Source: an uncultured Christensenellaceae bacterium
GTDB taxonomy: Bacteria; Bacillota; Clostridia; Christensenellales; UBA3700
NCBI GenBank assembly: GCA_944380355.1
Contig: CALWHJ010000001.1
Span: 214,739-278,738 of the forward strand
DNA length: 64,000 nucleotides
Direction: 5' to 3'
The notes below the pieces were generated by a model. The model was not told the origin of the DNA and ran no database searches. It saw only the letters and a list, made by a program, of their open reading frames with translations. Shown here one piece after another: positions 53,601 to 62,697 of the stretch. A program made the position numbers and the translations under genes. The stretch's first letter is position 1, and each line of letters starts with the position of its first letter.

Positions 53601-54113
53601 TCAATTCTTTTTTGTCGTGGAGCCGAATCCGCCGTCGCGCTTTTCGCTCACCTCATCGTCAAACGTAATACCGTATTCGACAAATATACCCTGTGCGAAG
53701 CCTTCGCCCGCCTTAACGCTTACGGTCTTTCCTTCATTGGTATCGTTGGTAATCTTAATGAAAATATGTCCCTCGTTGGAAGAGCCGTAGTAGTCGCTGT
53801 CGATTATACCTACGGTATTGTTGAGCTGAAGTCTGAATTTGAATCCGAGTCCGCTTCTGGGATAAACCTTGAGCACCCAGTTGTCGAGAATCTTTACGCG
53901 GATACCCGTGGGAATTTTCGCCGTTTCCCCCGCTTTAAGCTCGATATCTACAGGCGCGTAAAAATCGTATCCCGCTGAGCCTGAAGTTGCTCTTTTGGGA
54001 AGCTTTATACTCTCGTATACCGCATTTACGTCGTACTTGTCGCCATAGGTGTCTTTGAAGTCCTTGTCAAATTGATTAAAGGAAACTTTTTCGAATTGTG
54101 CTACTCTCTGCAT
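53601..54113 (-). CDS. dut: dUTP diphosphatase (trimeric dUTPase family)
   Basis: 170-aa ORF with motifs GSAGYDFYA, PRSG, GIIDSDY and the C-terminal GGFGSTT. Confidence 0.85.
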   Translation of the reverse strand: MQRVAQFEKVSFNQFDKDFKDTYGDKYDVNAVYESIKLPKRATSGSAGYDFYAPVDIELKAGETAKIPTGIRVKILDNWVLKVYPRSGLGFKFRLQLNNTVGIIDSDYYGSSNEGHIFIKITNDTNEGKTVSVKAGEGFAQGIFVEYGITFDDEVSEKRDGGFGSTTKKN

Positions 54114-54177
54114 AGTTTTCTCCGTTTTGTCGTATTTTGTTTATTCCGCGCAGACCGCGCGAGTTGTTATTTGATAA

Positions 54178-55122
54178 TCAATAGAATGTCGCAAGTTCCT
54201 GTTCGGGCTTGTCCGTCTTTTGAAGTTCGAGCGCACTGAACACAGGACCTACCCCGTCATATACGTCGTGTCTTTTGAAGTGTATCTTGCCCGTAAGCAT
54301 TACCCAGTCGCGCTTCTTAAGCGGAATATTCTGCGAATATTCGCATACGAATGCACCGTAAAAGATATCTGCTTCGCAACACGTCATTATATGTCTGCCT
54401 ACTACCATTGTACCTTTGGGCAACGTATCGTCAATTGCGATTATACCTCTGAATTTGACAGTCTTTCCCTCGTACTTTCTGCCGTCCTCAACCAAGTCGC
54501 GGTAAAATTCCGCGTAATCGGTATCCTTGATTTCTATAACAGGCGCATTGATATCGAAAGGCAAAGGGTCCTGAATATTGTCAGGCTCGACGTGTCCGTC
54601 TTTGTACTCGTAGAGTATCTCTATTCTTCTGCCCGCCGCACGAACTATTTTGTGAAACTCGTTTTTATTGAAAGAGTTGTCAAAACGGTTGAATATTACC
54701 GCTTCGCTTGCCTGCATTTTATCGAATGTAAGCTGACGCATATTTGCGTTGTAATTCATAAACGTGGTAGCGTCGGCAAGCATAAGCGTCTGCGCGATCA
54801 CCCAATTCGACGGCATAGCGTCAAAGAATTTTCCTACCTCAGCCATACCGTTGTACTCTACGATTACCCTTTGCGCGCCGTACTTCTTTTCGAGCACCGT
54901 GAGCATACTTTCGTTGAGCTCGTCTATATCGGCATACTCTACGTGCACGTTGTTGCCGCCGCCCGCAAAATACTGAGGCTTATACTCTTCTTCGCCCTCT
55001 TCAAACACAAGCAAAAGCGTACGCTCTCCCTCGTTAAAGCGGTCGTCCGTCATCATCTCCTGTATAAATCGCGTCTTGCCGCTCTCCAAAAATCCCGTAA
55101 AAAGATATACAGGTACTTCCAT
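54178..55122 (-). CDS. fusion of a CobW-like P-loop domain (no CxCC) with a DUF1980/TIGR03943-like C-terminal domain
   Basis: 314-aa soluble ORF. The N-terminal half has Walker A (GFLESGKT) and COG0523-like strands (LLLVFEEGEE, VIVEYNGMAE, IFNRFD). The C-terminal half has GKTVKFRG and the hallmark IMTCCEADI string. Confidence 0.5.
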   Translation of the reverse strand: MEVPVYLFTGFLESGKTRFIQEMMTDDRFNEGERTLLLVFEEGEEEYKPQYFAGGGNNVHVEYADIDELNESMLTVLEKKYGAQRVIVEYNGMAEVGKFFDAMPSNWVIAQTLMLADATTFMNYNANMRQLTFDKMQASEAVIFNRFDNSFNKNEFHKIVRAAGRRIEILYEYKDGHVEPDNIQDPLPFDINAPVIEIKDTDYAEFYRDLVEDGRKYEGKTVKFRGIIAIDDTLPKGTMVVGRHIMTCCEADIFYGAFVCEYSQNIPLKKRDWVMLTGKIHFKRHDVYDGVGPVFSALELQKTDKPEQELATFY

Positions 55123-55145
55123 ATCTGTCTCCTCTCAGTATTCAA

Positions 55146-56366
55146 TCAAAGCAAAAAGAGTTTTGCGAGTTTTTCTTCGTCAAGCTTACAGCCTATTACG
55201 CATATTCTGCCGATAACCTCGCTGCTGCCCGTCCTTACGTCAGGCTCGCCGGGTACGAAATCGTAGTGAAGCCACTTACCGTCCTCTCCCGCAACTATGC
55301 CTTTTGCTCTCAAAACAGTGCCGTATTCTCCGCTGTCCAGCGCGGTAAGAATATCTTTGATTTGCTCTTTGGTATAGACGTTGACAGTCTCTCTTCCCCA
55401 GCTGGAGAAAACCTCGTCGGCATCGTGTCCGTGGTGGTGATGATGGTGATGTCCTTCGTGGTCGTGATGACAGCACTCTCCCTCATGGTGGTGTTCGTGC
55501 TCATCGTGGTCGTGATGACAGCACTCTCCCTCGTGGTGGTGTCCGTGCTCATCGTGGTCGTGGTGACAGCACTCTCCCTCGTGGTGATGTTCGTGCTCAT
55601 CGTGGTCGTGGTGACAGCACTCTCCCTCGTGGTGATGTTCGTGCTCGTCATGGTCGTGGTGACAGCACTCTCCCTCGTGGTGATGTTCGTGCTCACCGTG
55701 GTGATGATGATGTCCGCATACAGGGCAGATATCTTCCTCTTCCTGAAGCTTTTCAAGTTCTGCTTGGAGCGAAGACACGTTGTTCATAGCTTCAAAAAGC
55801 TTTTCTCCCGAAAGCTCTTCCCACGGCGTGGTAACGACTACCGCGTCGGGATTGAGACTTCTGACCGTATCCAGACAGAATTCAAGCTTTTCTTTGTCAA
55901 TTCCCGTCGTGTGACTGAGAATGATGCACTTTGCTTCCTCTATCTGGTTTTTATAAAACTCACCAAAGTTCTTGAGATACATTTTGCACTTCTTGGCGTC
56001 AACTACGGTAGTAAGAGAAGATACCTCGCTGTCGGGCAACTGAGCAGACAAAACCGCTTTCAATACGTCGCTGAGTTTGCCTACGCCCGACGGCTCTATG
56101 AGTATTCTGTCGGGAGCGTATTCGGTATAAACTTTGTTGAGCGCCTTTTTGAAGTCGCCTACGAGGGAACAACATATACAACCGCTGTTCATCTCGTTGA
56201 TTTGTATGCCCGCTTCTTTGAGGAAGCCGCCGTCAATGCCTATATCTCCGAATTCGTTTTCAATGAGGACTATCTTTTGTCCTTTCAAAGCCGAGGAAAG
56301 AAGTTTTTTGATTAGGGTCGTCTTTCCCGCACCCAAAAAACCTGATATGATATCTATCTTTAACAT
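55146..56366 (-). CDS. COG0523 (CobW/YjiA/ZigA-type) metallochaperone GTPase with an expanded His/Cys-rich repeat insert
   Basis: 406-aa ORF with Walker A (GFLGAGKTT), the metal motif CICCSL, and IEPSG. A long H/E/C/D repeat lies between the GTPase domain and the CobW_C domain. Confidence 0.85.
   Translation of the reverse strand: MLKIDIISGFLGAGKTTLIKKLLSSALKGQKIVLIENEFGDIGIDGGFLKEAGIQINEMNSGCICCSLVGDFKKALNKVYTEYAPDRILIEPSGVGKLSDVLKAVLSAQLPDSEVSSLTTVVDAKKCKMYLKNFGEFYKNQIEEAKCIILSHTTGIDKEKLEFCLDTVRSLNPDAVVVTTPWEELSGEKLFEAMNNVSSLQAELEKLQEEEDICPVCGHHHHHGEHEHHHEGECCHHDHDEHEHHHEGECCHHDHDEHEHHHEGECCHHDHDEHGHHHEGECCHHDHDEHEHHHEGECCHHDHEGHHHHHHHGHDADEVFSSWGRETVNVYTKEQIKDILTALDSGEYGTVLRAKGIVAGEDGKWLHYDFVPGEPDVRTGSSEVIGRICVIGCKLDEEKLAKLFLL
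55458..55700 (-). repeat. five tandem 48-bp coding repeats (16-aa unit, approximately EGECCHHDHDEHEHHH)
   Basis: Unit starts are at 55458, 55506, 55554, 55602 and 55650. Units differ from each other by only 1-3 nt. Confidence 0.95.
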
Positions 56367-56524
56367 TTTATCACCTCTCGTACCTGAAGTACGTTTTATA
56401 TTTGATTAAACGGTTATCAAACCTTATATATTCTACCACTTTCAAGCCTATTTTTCAAGGCTTTTGCAATTATGTAAGGTATTTTATAATTATTTTACGC
56501 TTACCTTGCACAAATAAATCCAAA

Positions 56525-56552
56525 CTGAAAACCCCGACTTGCGTCGGGGCTT
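56525..56552 (-). terminator. intrinsic terminator downstream of the GH30 cluster
   Basis: On the minus strand, ccccgac-gcaa-gtcgggg followed by ttttc. Confidence 0.65.
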
Positions 56553-56556
56553 TGAA

Positions 56557-58206
56557 TTATTTACTGAAAACGTAAGTCGCTATCGAATTGGCGGGTATCG
56601 TTACGCTTCCCGTATTCGAGTATTCGCTTGTCTTCCAGTTTTCCTCTTCGGTAGTGAGTATCTCTGTTACGTTGGCGTATCCGCCCTCGATATTAATTTT
56701 GTGGCTTCTAGAGCTGTCGTTGATTACTACCAAAGCTATACTGCCGTCAGTCTTCTTGAATGCTACGCACTCCACTCCGTTGAATGCCAAAGTATCGCTG
56801 TAACTTGCGTCTATTCTTACGCTTCCCGACTCGATAAACTTGGAGAAGTGACCCATTGCGTAATATCTTTTATAGCTTTTGATTACGTCTTGTCCGTCCA
56901 CGTTGTTCCAGTATATAAGTCCGTCTTCGTAATCTCCCTTGGATATAGAAAGCCAGTAATTCCAGTTGACGGCGTCAAGCATAGCCAAATCGCGCATAAT
57001 TACCTGAGCCGAGAAAATACCCATATCCATAGTGGGGTCTACGCCGAATTCGAGTACGCAATACTCGGTAATGCTTATCTTGAGGTCGGAATAGTATTTA
57101 TCCATATATTCCGAGAAGAGCGTACGGTGGAATTTAGAGGTATCTGCGCCGTAGGAATGTGCGGATATGTTGGTAACGCTTTCAAAGAAAGGATATTTTT
57201 CAAACTCCGTCATATACTCGTTTACTCTTGCGGAAGATGCAACCATCATATACTTTCCGCACTCGAATATATCCATTTCGAAGTTTGTGCCGTTGGTCTC
57301 GTTGAACGCATTCAGCGTGGTATAGAATTGCTGATAGAATTTTGCGAGAGCTTCGGGCTCGTAGTGACAACCCTCTTGCGTAGCGCCCTCGCCGCCCCAC
57401 TTCCATTGAGGCTCGTTGACGGGGCTGATTATTACCTTGATATCCTTGTCGTACTTGCAGATTATGTTTTCGTACAAATAATCCGTGATTACCATAAGAT
57501 AATCGCTGAACGCTTCGTAACACTCCTCTTTGAGATTGTCGACATTGATTTGCTCGCCGTGAGTCTTGCCGTTGAGGGTCATCGTATAGTGAGGCGAATT
57601 GGCAAAGAATACTACCTGCTCGATATTGCCCTTGGAAAGCGCGAGCTCGAAAAGTTCTCTCACCGCGGCATCCTTGGTAAAATCGTAATTGGACGCGTCC
57701 TTGAATACAGAGTAATCTCCCTTGAAGTTTTCGGCTACGAAAAAGCTCTCCGCTCCTCTCAATTCGTCTCCGTAAGAAGCGACTTCGATACCGCCTCCGC
57801 CGATATTGTATCTAAAGGTATTGAGTTTAAGCCCGCTGTCCCCGTAAAGCATTTCCATTGCCTGTTCTTTGATTTGGGGATTGTCGAGTTTTCCGAAGTC
57901 CTGATAAATCCACGCGGACGACGCACCGAAACCTTCCATTGTCTGATAGGTCTTGCTCTCGTCGAGAGTTATGGTCGTAGTGCCGTATATTACTGCCGCC
58001 GAATATATTCCGAAAAACGCACCGAGCGCAACCACTACCGACAACACTACCGCTAAAGCGATGACGAGCTTTTTCTTGCGCGGCATACCCTTTTTGCCTG
58101 CAGGCTTTTGCTCGACGTCTGCACCGATTGCGGTGTTTTCTTGCGTCTGCAAAGTATCTGGGTGAGTTTCGCTGACTGCTTCAATCTGCTTGTTTTCTTC
58201 TTTCAT
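56557..58206 (-). CDS. membrane-anchored clan GH-A glycoside hydrolase, GH30-like (paralog 1)
   Basis: 549-aa ORF. An N-terminal hydrophilic region and a TM anchor precede MEGFGASSAW. It has the acid/base NEP (SPVNEPQW), the nucleophile context SITEYC and a C-terminal beta-sandwich-like region. Confidence 0.6.
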   Translation of the reverse strand: MKEENKQIEAVSETHPDTLQTQENTAIGADVEQKPAGKKGMPRKKKLVIALAVVLSVVVALGAFFGIYSAAVIYGTTTITLDESKTYQTMEGFGASSAWIYQDFGKLDNPQIKEQAMEMLYGDSGLKLNTFRYNIGGGGIEVASYGDELRGAESFFVAENFKGDYSVFKDASNYDFTKDAAVRELFELALSKGNIEQVVFFANSPHYTMTLNGKTHGEQINVDNLKEECYEAFSDYLMVITDYLYENIICKYDKDIKVIISPVNEPQWKWGGEGATQEGCHYEPEALAKFYQQFYTTLNAFNETNGTNFEMDIFECGKYMMVASSARVNEYMTEFEKYPFFESVTNISAHSYGADTSKFHRTLFSEYMDKYYSDLKISITEYCVLEFGVDPTMDMGIFSAQVIMRDLAMLDAVNWNYWLSISKGDYEDGLIYWNNVDGQDVIKSYKRYYAMGHFSKFIESGSVRIDASYSDTLAFNGVECVAFKKTDGSIALVVINDSSRSHKINIEGGYANVTEILTTEEENWKTSEYSNTGSVTIPANSIATYVFSK

Positions 58207-58231
58207 ATCTTTTCCCTTCTATTCACCGTTT

Positions 58232-59761
58232 TTATTTTGACAAAACGTAAGTAGCTATAGATTTTGCAGGGATAGTAACGTCTGCGCCCTTTTCGTACTC
58301 ATTGCTCTTCCAGTTGTTTTCCGCGTCGGTATAAGTCTCCTGCACGTTGTACGCGCTTCCGAAGTTGACCTTGCTCGCGTCAGAATTATTGATGATTACA
58401 ACGGTTACGGTACCGTCGGGATTTTTGAAAGCTGCTCCCTCGAGGTCGCGTGAATTCACACTGCTTGCAAAACTCAAATCAACTCTTACGCTTCCCCTCT
58501 GTACAAACTTTGAGAATTGTCCCATTGCGTAGTATCTCTTTTCTGCGCTCAGACTTTCTTCTCCGTCCGCAGCGTTCATATTCCAGTTGACCAGACCGTC
58601 CTCGTAATCGTATACGGATACGGACAGCCAGAAGTTCCAGCATATAGCGTCAATCATAGTCAAGTCGCGCATTATTACGGTAGCAGAGAACAATCCCATA
58701 TCTATCGAGGAGTCGATACCTCCCTGCATTACGCAGTACTCGGTAACGCTGACCTTAAGGTCGGGATAATTCTCGTCCATAAACTTGCTGAAATTGTTAC
58801 GTATTCTCTCTTCCGTATCGGCTGAATACGAGTGTACGGAGATATTGGTAATACTATCGAAGAAAGGATATTTTTTGAATTCTGCCAAATAATTCTTTAC
58901 GCTGGCAGTGAGATAGTTACCGCTCTCGAAAATATCCATTTCGAAAGACGTGCCGTTGGCGGTGTTGTAGGCGTTGAGAGTGGTATAAAATTGCTGATAG
59001 AATTTCGCCAGCTCTTCAGGCTCGTAGTGACAGCCCTCTTGCGTAGCGTTCTCTCCGCCCCAGTCCCACTGAGGTTCGTTGACGGGACTGATTATTACTT
59101 CGATATTCTCGTCATACTTGCAGATTATGTTTTCGTACAAATAATCCGTGATTACCATAAGATAATCGCTGAACGCTTCGTAACACTCTTCTTTAAGATT
59201 GTTCTGCTGCTCTACTGCTCCGTGCGTCTTACCGCTCACGGTCATTGTGTAGTAAGGAGAATTGGCAAAAAATACGACTCTCTTTATGTTGCCCTTGGAA
59301 AGCGCGAGCTCGAAAAGTTCTCTCACTCCCTCATCGCGCGTAAAATCGTAATTGTCCGCGTCCTTGAATACAGAATAATCTCCCGTAAAATTCTCGGCTA
59401 CGAAATAGCTTTGAGCTCCTCTCAAAGGGTCTGGGTATCCCGATACCTCTGTACCGCCTCCGCCGATATTGTATCTGAAAGTGTCGAGCTTGAGTCCGCT
59501 GTCGCCGTATAGCATTTCCATTGCCTGCTCTTTGACTTCTTCGTCCTCAATTGCTCCCAGCGCCTGATAGGTCCATGCGGACGACGCGCCGAAACCTTCC
59601 ATTGTCTGGTATGTCTTGTCGGTATCTACAATTGCTGTCGCACCGTCGTTTGTGTTGTTGTCGCAAGCGACAAACAATGTACCTATAGCGAGTACCGTTA
59701 CGGTCAAAAGCGCAATCGCGATTGCAGTCTTTTTAGTAAAATACATTTTTCCTTTTTCCAT
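58232..59761 (-). CDS. GH30-like glycoside hydrolase lipoprotein (paralog 2)
   Basis: 509-aa ORF with a signal peptide and lipobox (LFVAC). It has the same catalytic motifs (VNEPQW, VTEYC). Confidence 0.6.
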   Translation of the reverse strand: MEKGKMYFTKKTAIAIALLTVTVLAIGTLFVACDNNTNDGATAIVDTDKTYQTMEGFGASSAWTYQALGAIEDEEVKEQAMEMLYGDSGLKLDTFRYNIGGGGTEVSGYPDPLRGAQSYFVAENFTGDYSVFKDADNYDFTRDEGVRELFELALSKGNIKRVVFFANSPYYTMTVSGKTHGAVEQQNNLKEECYEAFSDYLMVITDYLYENIICKYDENIEVIISPVNEPQWDWGGENATQEGCHYEPEELAKFYQQFYTTLNAYNTANGTSFEMDIFESGNYLTASVKNYLAEFKKYPFFDSITNISVHSYSADTEERIRNNFSKFMDENYPDLKVSVTEYCVMQGGIDSSIDMGLFSATVIMRDLTMIDAICWNFWLSVSVYDYEDGLVNWNMNAADGEESLSAEKRYYAMGQFSKFVQRGSVRVDLSFASSVNSRDLEGAAFKNPDGTVTVVIINNSDASKVNFGSAYNVQETYTDAENNWKSNEYEKGADVTIPAKSIATYVLSK

Positions 59762-59838
59762 CTTCCTCTCCGTTTGTTTTAATATTGTAAGTAACGCGCT
59801 TTATGCAAAACGCTTAATAATTTTTACCGTTTAAAATT

Positions 59839-61377
59839 TCACTTGGTGAATATGTAAGTTGCTATCGAATTGGCGGGGATAGTTATACTTCCCGTATTTT
59901 CGTATTCGCTTGTCTTCCAGTTTTCCTCTTCGGTAGTGAGTACCTCTGTTACGTCGGCGTATCCGCCCTCGATATTGATTTTGTGACTTCTCGAGCTGTC
60001 GTTGATTACTACCAAAGCTATACTGCCGTCAGTCTTCTTGAATGCTACGCACTCCACTCCGTTGAATGCCAAAGTATCGCTGTAACTTGCGTCTATTCTT
60101 ACGCTTCCTGCCTCAACAAACTTTGAAAATTGTCCCATTGCGTAATATCTCTTTTCTGCACTGAGACTTTCTTCTCCGTCCGCAGCGTTCATATTCCAGT
60201 TGACAAGTCCGTCCTCGTAATCGTATACGGATACGGACAACCAGTAATTCCAGCTTACCGCGTCAATCATAGTCAAATCGCGCATTATTACCTGAGCCGA
60301 ATACAAGCCCATATCCATAGACTTATCTATGCCGCCCTCGAAAACGCAGTACTCGGTAACGCTGATTTTAAGGTCGGGATACTTTCTGTTCATATAGTTG
60401 TCGAAAAGCGTACGCAAAAGCTTATCCGTGTCCGTGCCGTAAGAATGTACGGATATATTGTCGAGACTTTCAAAGAAGGGGTACTCTGCAAACGCCTTCA
60501 TATACTTGTCAAAGCGCGTACCCGAATCGCCTATGAGTTTATAGTTACCGCTCTCGAAAATATCCATTTCGAAAGACGTGCCGTTGGCGGCGTTGTAGGC
60601 ATTGAGAGTGGTATAAAATTGCTGATAGAATTTCGCCAGCTCTTCAGGCTCGTAGTGACAGCCCTCTTGCGTAGCGTTCTCTCCGCCCCAGTCCCACTGA
60701 GGTTCGTTGACGGGACTGATTATTACTTCGATATTCTCGTCATACTTGCAGATTATGTTTTCGTACAAATAATCCGTGATTACCATAAGATAATCGCTGA
60801 ACGCTTCGTAACACTCTTCTTTAAGATTGTTCTGCTGCTCTACTGCTCCGTGCGTCTTACCGCTCACGGTCATTGTGTAGTAAGGAGAATTGGCAAAAAA
60901 TACGACTCTCTTTATGTTGCCCTTGGAAAGCGCGAGCTCGAAAAGTTCTCTCACTCCCTCATCGCGCGTAAAATCGTAATTGTCCGCGTCCTTGAATACA
61001 GAATAATCTCCCGTAAAATTCTCGGCTACGAAATAGCTTTGAGCTCCTCTCAAAGGGTCTGGGTATCCCGATACCTCTGTACCGCCTCCGCCGATATTGT
61101 ATCTGAAAGTGTCGAGCTTGAGTCCGCTGTCGCCGTATAGCATTTCCATTGCCTGCTCTTTGACTTCTTCGTCCTCAATTGCTCCCAGCGCCTGATAGGT
61201 CCATGCGGACGACGCGCCGAAACCTTCCATTGTCTGATATGTCTTGCTCTCGTCGAGAGTAATAGTCGTAGTGCCGTAGATTACCGCAAGCGAATATATT
61301 CCGAGAGCCGCGCCTACTACAAGCACGACTATCAAAAGTCCGACAAGCGTAACCAACGCTACCTTTTTTCTGTCCAT
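59839..61377 (-). CDS. membrane-anchored GH30-like glycoside hydrolase (paralog 3, mosaic of 1 and 2)
   Basis: 512-aa ORF. The ends resemble paralog 1. The ~695-bp core is nearly identical to paralog 2. Confidence 0.6.
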   Translation of the reverse strand: MDRKKVALVTLVGLLIVVLVVGAALGIYSLAVIYGTTTITLDESKTYQTMEGFGASSAWTYQALGAIEDEEVKEQAMEMLYGDSGLKLDTFRYNIGGGGTEVSGYPDPLRGAQSYFVAENFTGDYSVFKDADNYDFTRDEGVRELFELALSKGNIKRVVFFANSPYYTMTVSGKTHGAVEQQNNLKEECYEAFSDYLMVITDYLYENIICKYDENIEVIISPVNEPQWDWGGENATQEGCHYEPEELAKFYQQFYTTLNAYNAANGTSFEMDIFESGNYKLIGDSGTRFDKYMKAFAEYPFFESLDNISVHSYGTDTDKLLRTLFDNYMNRKYPDLKISVTEYCVFEGGIDKSMDMGLYSAQVIMRDLTMIDAVSWNYWLSVSVYDYEDGLVNWNMNAADGEESLSAEKRYYAMGQFSKFVEAGSVRIDASYSDTLAFNGVECVAFKKTDGSIALVVINDSSRSHKINIEGGYADVTEVLTTEEENWKTSEYENTGSITIPANSIATYIFTK

Positions 61378-61628
61378 AATTCTCTCCGATTATTTTGCTG
61401 TAAATATATTTTATCATAAACCCAACCTTTTTGTCTATACTTTATACCTATTTTATATTTGCTCAAAAACTCCGCTGCTTTATATTATAAATAAAAGGAC
61501 AAAAACAATGTATAGTTATTTTTGCACCGTTTTTAATATATATTTTCCCGTTTTATCCATAAATTATATTTTATGCAATTACCTTTGGACATAAATGACC
61601 TCTTTCTGTATCTCTCAAACTTTTTCGA

Positions 61629-61657
61629 TTGACAAAAAGGCTTAACGAATGTAAACT
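61629..61657 (+). promoter_or_regulatory. sigma-70 promoter of xpt
   Basis: TTGACA, a 17-nt spacer, then TAAACT. The leader is short. Confidence 0.45.
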
Positions 61658-61687
61658 TAAATTGTTAATTTTATCGGCAGGTGAAAT

Positions 61688-62260
61688 ATGAAACTTCTTG
61701 AAGATTACATATCCGAAAAAGGCAGACTCGTAGGCAAAGACATAGTTAAGGTAGACAGCTTCCTCAACCATCAGGTTGACCCCCTGCTTATGCAGGCTAT
61801 GGGCAAAGAGATAAAACGTCTTTTTGCTGACACGGAGATTACCAAAATACTCACTATCGAGGCTTCGGGCATAGCTATTGCCGTTATGGCGGCACTCGAG
61901 CTTAACGTGCCTATGGTTTTTGCAAAAAAGAACGCTACGAAAAACCTCTCTTCCGACGTATACTCGACTACGATTACGTCTTTTACGCACGGCAGAGATT
62001 ACGACGTACGCGTAGCAAAGGATTTTCTCGGCAAAGACGATAAAATATTGATTATTGACGACTTCCTCGCCAACGGCGCCGCTCTTCAAGGTCTTATAGA
62101 AATCGTAAACCAAAGCGGAGCAAGCGTAGCCGGATGCGCGATAGCAATCGAAAAGGGCTTTCAGGACGGAGGCAAAAAACTGAGAGAAAAAGGCTATCGC
62201 ATAGAAAGTCTTGCGATTATAGAAGGCTTTGCCGACAACAAAGTGCTTTTCAAAAAATAA
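61688..62260 (+). CDS. xpt: xanthine phosphoribosyltransferase
   Basis: 190-aa ORF with typical Xpt N-terminus (MKLLEDYI..G......VKVDSFLNHQVDP) and PRPP motif ILIIDDFLANG. Confidence 0.9.
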   Translation: MKLLEDYISEKGRLVGKDIVKVDSFLNHQVDPLLMQAMGKEIKRLFADTEITKILTIEASGIAIAVMAALELNVPMVFAKKNATKNLSSDVYSTTITSFTHGRDYDVRVAKDFLGKDDKILIIDDFLANGAALQGLIEIVNQSGASVAGCAIAIEKGFQDGGKKLREKGYRIESLAIIEGFADNKVLFKK

Positions 62261-62360
62261 TAAGATAAGGCGAATAAACTTTTTATCGATTTTTATCAGA
62301 ACAAAGTATTTATTATTATATACATTATCAATATCTATACTGCTTTTCAATGCGGTATCT

Positions 62361-62386
62361 CAGCCCCTTTTCAGGGGCATTTTTTA
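62361..62386 (+). terminator. intrinsic terminator
   Basis: gcccc-ttttca-ggggc followed by a T-run. Confidence 0.65.
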
Positions 62387-62538
62387 TTGCCGTGAATTTA
62401 TACGGAATTCTTTTGAAATCTCAGACTTTTTACCCTGTCGGTTGCCAAACTTTTCTCACGCAAAAATTCCCTCTTTTCAACGCTAAAAATCCTTGCAAAA
62501 TTTTTTGAAAATATTTGTAAAAAAATACGTGTATTCGT

Positions 62539-62567
62539 TTGACAAACATATAGCAAAATCATATAAT
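62539..62567 (+). promoter_or_regulatory. consensus sigma-70 promoter of the XRE-cupin regulator/potA operon
   Basis: TTGACA, a 17-nt spacer, then TATAAT. Confidence 0.6.
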
Positions 62568-62697
62568 ACTCTTGTTTAATAATTCTAAACTCAATGTTTA
62601 TTGCCACAAAACTTCATAAAAATTAAGTTTAGAAATACTAAACTCAGCACTTTCGGGCTTCGCCCTTATATATAGACTACTAAAAAAGGAGACGGGT

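Noticed and set aside
56367-56420. Zur/Nur-type operator upstream of the COG0523 operon.
   Set aside because: Only a short CGTAC-N5-GTACG palindrome (56378-56392) next to the RBS and a TTTGAT-N9-ATCAAA pair are present. Neither matches the Firmicutes Zur box (TCGTAAT-N-ATTACGA type) well enough.
61440-61687. Purine (guanine/xanthine) riboswitch expected upstream of xpt.
   Set aside because: No match to the conserved purine-riboswitch junctions (no UAUAAU...GGAUAUGG...UCUACC...CCGUAAA pattern). A TTGACA-17-TAAACT promoter leaves only a ~30-nt leader.
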